From Octopus bimaculoides (taxonomy: Eukaryota), in the NCBI RefSeq assembly GCF_001194135.2, contig NC_068999.1, positions 25,706,726 through 25,770,725 on the forward strand: a stretch of DNA of 64,000 bases. The letters are read 5' to 3'. Positions 58,491 through 64,000 of this stretch are shown here, piece by piece. Below the pieces are notes generated by a model. It did no database searches. It saw only the letters and a list, made by a program, of their open reading frames with translations, and was not told the DNA's origin. Position 1 is the stretch's first letter. The number at the start of each line of letters is the position of its first letter. A program made the position numbers and the translations under genes.

Positions 58491-59444
58491 AGCTCTACAA
58501 TATTAAACAAACCTAAGAGTGAGATGAGTCCTGGAGTCAAAGTTATCCCTACACAAGGCTTAGCATTATTCCACTAGATAACTACAAACATTGAATATGG
58601 TCAATCATTTGTACATGGTTGAACTATTTCTCACACCAACACCAAGTACAAATGATTTTCAATCAAACTGATTACACCAGCCAGTAGTGAAAATGGCTTC
58701 AGTTTATAGGGTAGATTCTACTANNNNNNNNNNNNNNNNNNNNNNNNNNNNNNNNNNNNNNNNNNNNNNNNNNNNNNNNNNNNNNNNNNNNNNNNNNNNN
58801 NNNNNNNNNNNNNNNNNNNNNNNNNNNNNNNNNNNNNNNNNNNNNNNNNNNNNNNNNNNNNNNNNNNNNNNNNNNNNNNNNNNNNNNNNNNNNNNNNNNN
58901 NNNNNNNNNNNNNNNNNNNNNNNNNNNNNNNNNNNNNNNNNNNNNNNNNNNNNNNNNNNNNNNNNNNNNNNNNNNNNNNNNNNNNNNNNNNNNNNNNNNN
59001 NNNNNNNNNNNNNNNNNNNNNNNNNNNNNNNNNNNNNNNNNNNNNNNNNNNNNNNNNNNNNNNNNNNNNNNNNNNNNNNNNNNNNNNNNNNNNNNNNNNN
59101 NNNNNNNNNNNNNNNNNNNNNNNNNNNNNNNNNNNNNNNNNNNNNNNNNNNNNNNNNNNNNNNNNNNNNNNNNNNNNNNNNNNNNNNNNNNNNNNNNNNN
59201 NNNNNNNNNNNNNNNNNNNNNNNNNNNNNNNNNNNNNNNNNNNNNNNNNNNNNNNNNNNNNNNNNNNNNNNNNNNNNNNNNNNNNNNNNNNNNNNNNNNN
59301 NNNNNNNNNNNNNNNNNNNNNNNNNNNNNNNNNNNNNNNNNNNNNNNNNNNNNNNNNNNNNNNNNNNNNNNNNNNNNNNNNNNNNNNNNNNNNNNNNNNN
59401 NNNNNNNNNNNNNNNNNNNNNNNTATATATATATATAAATAAGA

Positions 59445-59630
59445 CTACCATTCGCCATGATAGATCGCTAACCACTACACGCATTTTTTTCTCTGCTTGT
59501 TTCTTTCTGTGGAAGAGCGTAGGCTCAAAATGTTAAAGACTTTTTCAATTCCCGAGCATTATTCTAATACATCTGTTTGTTTTCTACACCACCTGTCTTC
59601 GTCTTTTGTTTTTTTTGTGAATTCTCCCTA
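59445..59630 (+). mobile_element. Short repeat end with hammerhead-like scaffold (PLE-terminus-like)
   Basis: tctttCTGTGGAaGAGCgtagGCTCaaaatgttaaaga at 59502-59539, flanked by (TA)n. Confidence 0.5.
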
Positions 59631-61654
59631 TATATATATATTTTAATTACCACAATGTAGGTAAGTAGTAAAAGTCCTTATACTAGCACTGGAATACACT
59701 AGTCCAAGGCACACTATTTGTTCTAATCAACCTAGCTGAAAGTACTTTATAATAAAGTTGCTAGTAATAAGATTATCACCCAACTATAAAACATCTAATC
59801 TAAATAATTCAATCAAATATCTCAAATTAATAAATATATATAGAATAAAAATTAAATTAAATTAAAAAGAATACTTTTCAGTGTAAAGTGTACTGAGTTA
59901 TAAAAGCCATTTTCATATGGTAATGAACCATAACTTTGGACCCTACCACAAGAGTACAGAGTTCTTTACTAATCCAAACAATATTATTAGCCAGGTGTAT
60001 AACAGAGAGCTAATAAAGTATTTTGTCCACATTCATAATGCCTCACTACTAACTCTGTTTTTATACACATATATACACACACATATATACATGTATATAC
60101 ACACATATATACACACACACACATAATACATATACACATACACACACACGAAGTGTCAGTCGTGACTTTTCCAAGAATTAATGAAATAAATGAAAAATAG
60201 TTTCAACTAGAAATTGAAACAAAGTTATGAACTTGTTCATGAATCATAGTTTATTGCAAGCAATGAATGGTCAAATGTTAGACTTAACGATAATAAATAC
60301 TTGATCTCAAAATGAGAAATGGCAAAATTAATTCTTGCTTGACCACAAAACAAAAAATATCAGACATGATGTCATAAAATTCCTCTCAATTCTGCTATTT
60401 TATATTTCATTTTCTTATCAGGATGGTTTTTGCAAAATTGGACACTTGTATATATTACCTGTCAGAAATGCTTTTACAATTGGACACCCTTCGTACTACT
60501 CATTTTACAACTAAAGTTAAAATAGGACCTGAAGCAAGCAGAATTATATGACAACACATTGCCTATAGTAGTGTTTGAACTCACAGTCACATGCTCAGTA
60601 GACTAACAACTGAACTTTACAGCAGTTTAGTCTCTGCCAAGTTATTATCACATTATTTTAATTGAAATACACACACACACAAAAAAAAGACTTTTCTAGC
60701 TATTGTCTACCTATAAATCTTTGATAAAATTAAAGAAAAATTGTATCTTTAGATCAATAATCCATTTTTAGGGCACCAATATAACATAGTTTTCCTGTAC
60801 CTTTTATGAGATATGTTACCCAGCAATATGAACAACAGTACTTTTTTCAAAATATGGTAATGGTTTTTTTTTACAAGGTTTCCCATCTATTAAAAAACTA
60901 ATTAAGCAGTTTAGCATAACCAATTTTGATAGCAAAGCTGAGGGCTGGAACCAAATAAATAAATATAATAAAAAATAAAATAAAGCATGGAAGTTTCTAT
61001 ATACTGCATTGTAGAAAATTAAGAGTGGTAATTTATGATTACATCTGATTTACATAAGAAAAGTAATGGAAAATTATCTGACAGAGATTCTTTGTGAATG
61101 TTAAAAAACGAAATTTAGTCAATGTGATATTTTTCTGTTTTCTTTTTTGCAACCAATAGAAACTTCCAGCAAACACAAATGACAAAAAGTACATATTTAG
61201 AAGATCATAATGGTGAACAAATACTAAAATTAATTATAGAAGAGAGAAAAGGAGGATAAATATTGGGAATATATACACAAATAATTAACTCAAAAAAATT
61301 CAGATTAAACTCTTGCCTGATTGTAAGTTTAAGAAAAAGTAATATTTAAAGATTAGTGTTGTCATTAACAGATTACAAAAACTGATTAACATTTGTTAAA
61401 TGATGTCACACATCACTATAATTCATTGTCTGGTTAATAATTTGATTACATATTTTTCTTTATTATAACTATTATAAGTTACAAAAATATATAAATAAAA
61501 GAAATTACATGCAAAACAATTAAGGATATTTAATCTGATCCAAAATAATTACTGAGACATTTTGTGGATAGTAATTTAGTTTAATAGTGTAAGTTGTTCT
61601 TTATTATTTAGTGAAGCACTATTGCATCAGGCAACCTAGTGTCATAATAACTTC

Positions 61655-62250
61655 TTTCTTACAAAGGCACAAGGCCAAAGATTTTGGGGAGGGTGTAATT
61701 AATAAATCAAGCCCTAGAAGAATGAACAGCCATGTCAATTTTGTTACAGTCTGAACTCAATGTAAAAGGAATAACTAAATAATGCACAGTATTATTGTTA
61801 TGCCATTCATAACAATATAACAATCCTTTCTACTATAGGTATAAAGCCTCAGATTTTAGGGGAGGGGTCTAGTTGATTATATCAACCTCGATATGCAACT
61901 GATACTTATGTTATTGACCCTGAAAGGTAACGTCAAACTTGACAGAATTTGAATTCAGTATGTAAAGAGCCAAAAGAAATGTTAAGGATTTTGTCCAACA
62001 TGCTAATGATTCTGCTAGCTCTCTACCTTAATAAAAGTTTAAATTTTGGCACAAGACCAGCAATTCAGAGGCATGGGGTAAGTTGATTACATTGCCCACA
62101 GTGCTCAACTGGTACTTATTTTATCAACCCTGAAAGGATGAAAGGCAAAGCAGACCTCAGCAAAACTTGAACTCAAGAACATAGTTGGACAAAATGCTGC
62201 TGCTAGACATATTACCTAACATGCTAATGATTCTGCAAGCTCACTGCCTT
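61655..62250 (-). mobile_element. Three tandem, variably degraded copies of SINE family 1
   Basis: Repeated ttctactatagg…tttggg / gtacttattttatcaaccctgaaaggatgaaaggcaaag segments. Confidence 0.8.
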
Positions 62251-63655
62251 AATATTATTAATAACTTTTTACATTAACACAAGGGCAAAACTTTTGTAGG
62301 GGACATAATCAATTTACTCTACCCTAGAATTTATTTGAGGAGTGAGAACTTATTCTATCAACCCCACAGAGATGAAGGGATTAACAATTCATAATATAAA
62401 AAGGTATTTTGTTTAGCACTGAATGAATTCTTAACTTTTTAGATCATTTACAAATATTTTTAGAAAAAGTAATCAGACAAGAGTTAAATAAAATTTAATC
62501 TAAAAATGACTTTCTTTTCCCTGCAATTCTTCAATTTAATTTTAAAACACTTAAAATTACACCTGAAATATTTCTCATGTTCACATTTTGTTCACCATTT
62601 TAAATGGAATTGCATGCAAATGGGATACCAATTTAAAAGAAAAAAAACAACAAAAGGACAAAAAACAAACAAACAAGCATCATAATATAAACAAAGTAAT
62701 TCAAATTCTACTGCAGGTAAATGGCAAAACATAAAATAAAAATTCTTTTTTGTAAAACAAAAAAAATTTCACATTTCAAAAATTAAATTTAAAAAAATAT
62801 TTTTTAAGCAATAAAATATATTCTGCTGAAAATCTTAATGTAAAAGAAGTAAATAAATAAATCTTTGCTGAAGGTAAATCTGCCAAGAATTGATAAAGGT
62901 AAAAATAAATCACATGGCCAACCCAGTGGAGAAGACGACAAAGGATGCAAGCCTCAATGCTGTAGATCCCAGCCCGAAGGAGGATTTAGCTATGAGGCAC
63001 CTTGTCCTTCCACTTGGGACCAGGGATACTTTGGAATGATCTGATATGGAATGCTTCACATATATATATATACATATTTGTTTGTTCACTTTCTTCATGC
63101 TAGCATATATTAGACAAGGATATTATATGAGGCAGAATTTTAGAGCAAGATGCTCTTTCTGTGGCAGGCATGGCTGTAGGGTTTCAAAATTCAAAGCACA
63201 GGTTTCAGATTCAATTCCACAGCAAGCACCTTGGGCAAATGATTACTACAGTAGACACAAGACAACCAAAGCCATATGAGCATGTTTGGTAGACAGAAAA
63301 CAAGTGAAGCTTGTATATATTATATATACATATACTACATCATGCATGCATTTATGCAGAGGTTGCTCCTGTCAACATTGTTAAAGACCAATTATATTAC
63401 ATATAAAGGCTACACATCTCAGATGATTTGACAAGTCTTGATTATGTAACTAATAATTATCCTTCGTTCATGAAACATATCAAATGGTGTAATTATGTAT
63501 CTGAAAACAGCCTCATATTTTTCTACATGTACACTGTGAAAGAAGCAAACTCCTGATTCATACCAAATGATATTGCAATAAAATGCAACAGGAGTTCTAA
63601 ATACTAGTTGTTTGTTGCACAGTTTAAAGTCAGAATTGCACTATATAAATCTATT

Positions 63656-63852
63656 AATCATCATCATCATCATCATCATCGTTTAACGTCCGCTTTCCAT
63701 GCTAGCATGGGTTGGACGATTTGACTGAGGACTGGTGCAACCAGATGGCTACACCAGGCTCCAATCTAATTTGGCAGAGTTTCTACAGCTGGATGCCCTT
63801 CCTAACGCCAACCACTCAGAGAGTGTAGTGGGTGCTTTTACGTGTCACCCGC
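63656..63852 (-). mobile_element. RTE-3'-end-related element with (CAT)n tail
   Basis: Closely similar to 43110-43290 (inverted) and 46235-46380. Confidence 0.9.
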
Positions 63853-63854
63853 AT

Positions 63855-64000
63855 GAATGTGTGTCTTTGCATGTGTTTGTCCCTCACTACTGTTTGACAA
63901 TGGTGTTGTGTTTACATCCCTTTATAACTTACCAGTTTGGCAATAAGAGACTGATAGGTTTAAAAAAAAAAAATTAAGTACTGGGGTTGATTCATTCAGC
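63855..64000 (+). mobile_element. SINE family 2, 3' half, degraded
   Basis: gtgtttgtccctcactactgtttgacaatgg…aataagagactgatagg…aagtactggggttgattcattc. Confidence 0.6.

Noticed and set aside
62910-63050. GC-rich patch with short open frames on both strands
   Set aside because: No splice or homology support; probably a TE fragment I cannot classify.

Overview
AT-rich, repeat-dense animal genomic DNA from a draft assembly with 9 N-gaps. The repeat families resemble those of coleoid cephalopods such as Octopus (inference, not verified). One host gene dominates the window: a cohesin SA/STAG (stromalin, STAG1/2 ortholog) on the minus strand. I reconstructed it by hand from the SCD exon at 49.4 kb through 23 further phase-consistent exons to 9981, giving 937 codons. 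Two tentative 3' exons lie at 8473-8499 and 6097-6168, and the N-terminal exons were not found in the window. The main observation is that the exon encoding the stromalin conserved domain helix (…[14 protein letters not shown]) is tandemly duplicated. The two intact 124-nt copies are separated by a 38-nt intron, which is the architecture of sterically enforced mutually exclusive exons. They differ at 13 synonymous and 6 non-synonymous codons. The introns carry tRNA-derived SINEs, RTE LINE pieces, a Penelope-like element, three mariner elements, piggyBac and hAT elements, a solo LTR and a HERO-like 3' end. They also contain several long inverted repeats and several degenerate minimal-hammerhead-like motifs. 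All family assignments come from motifs recognised by eye; no searches were run.
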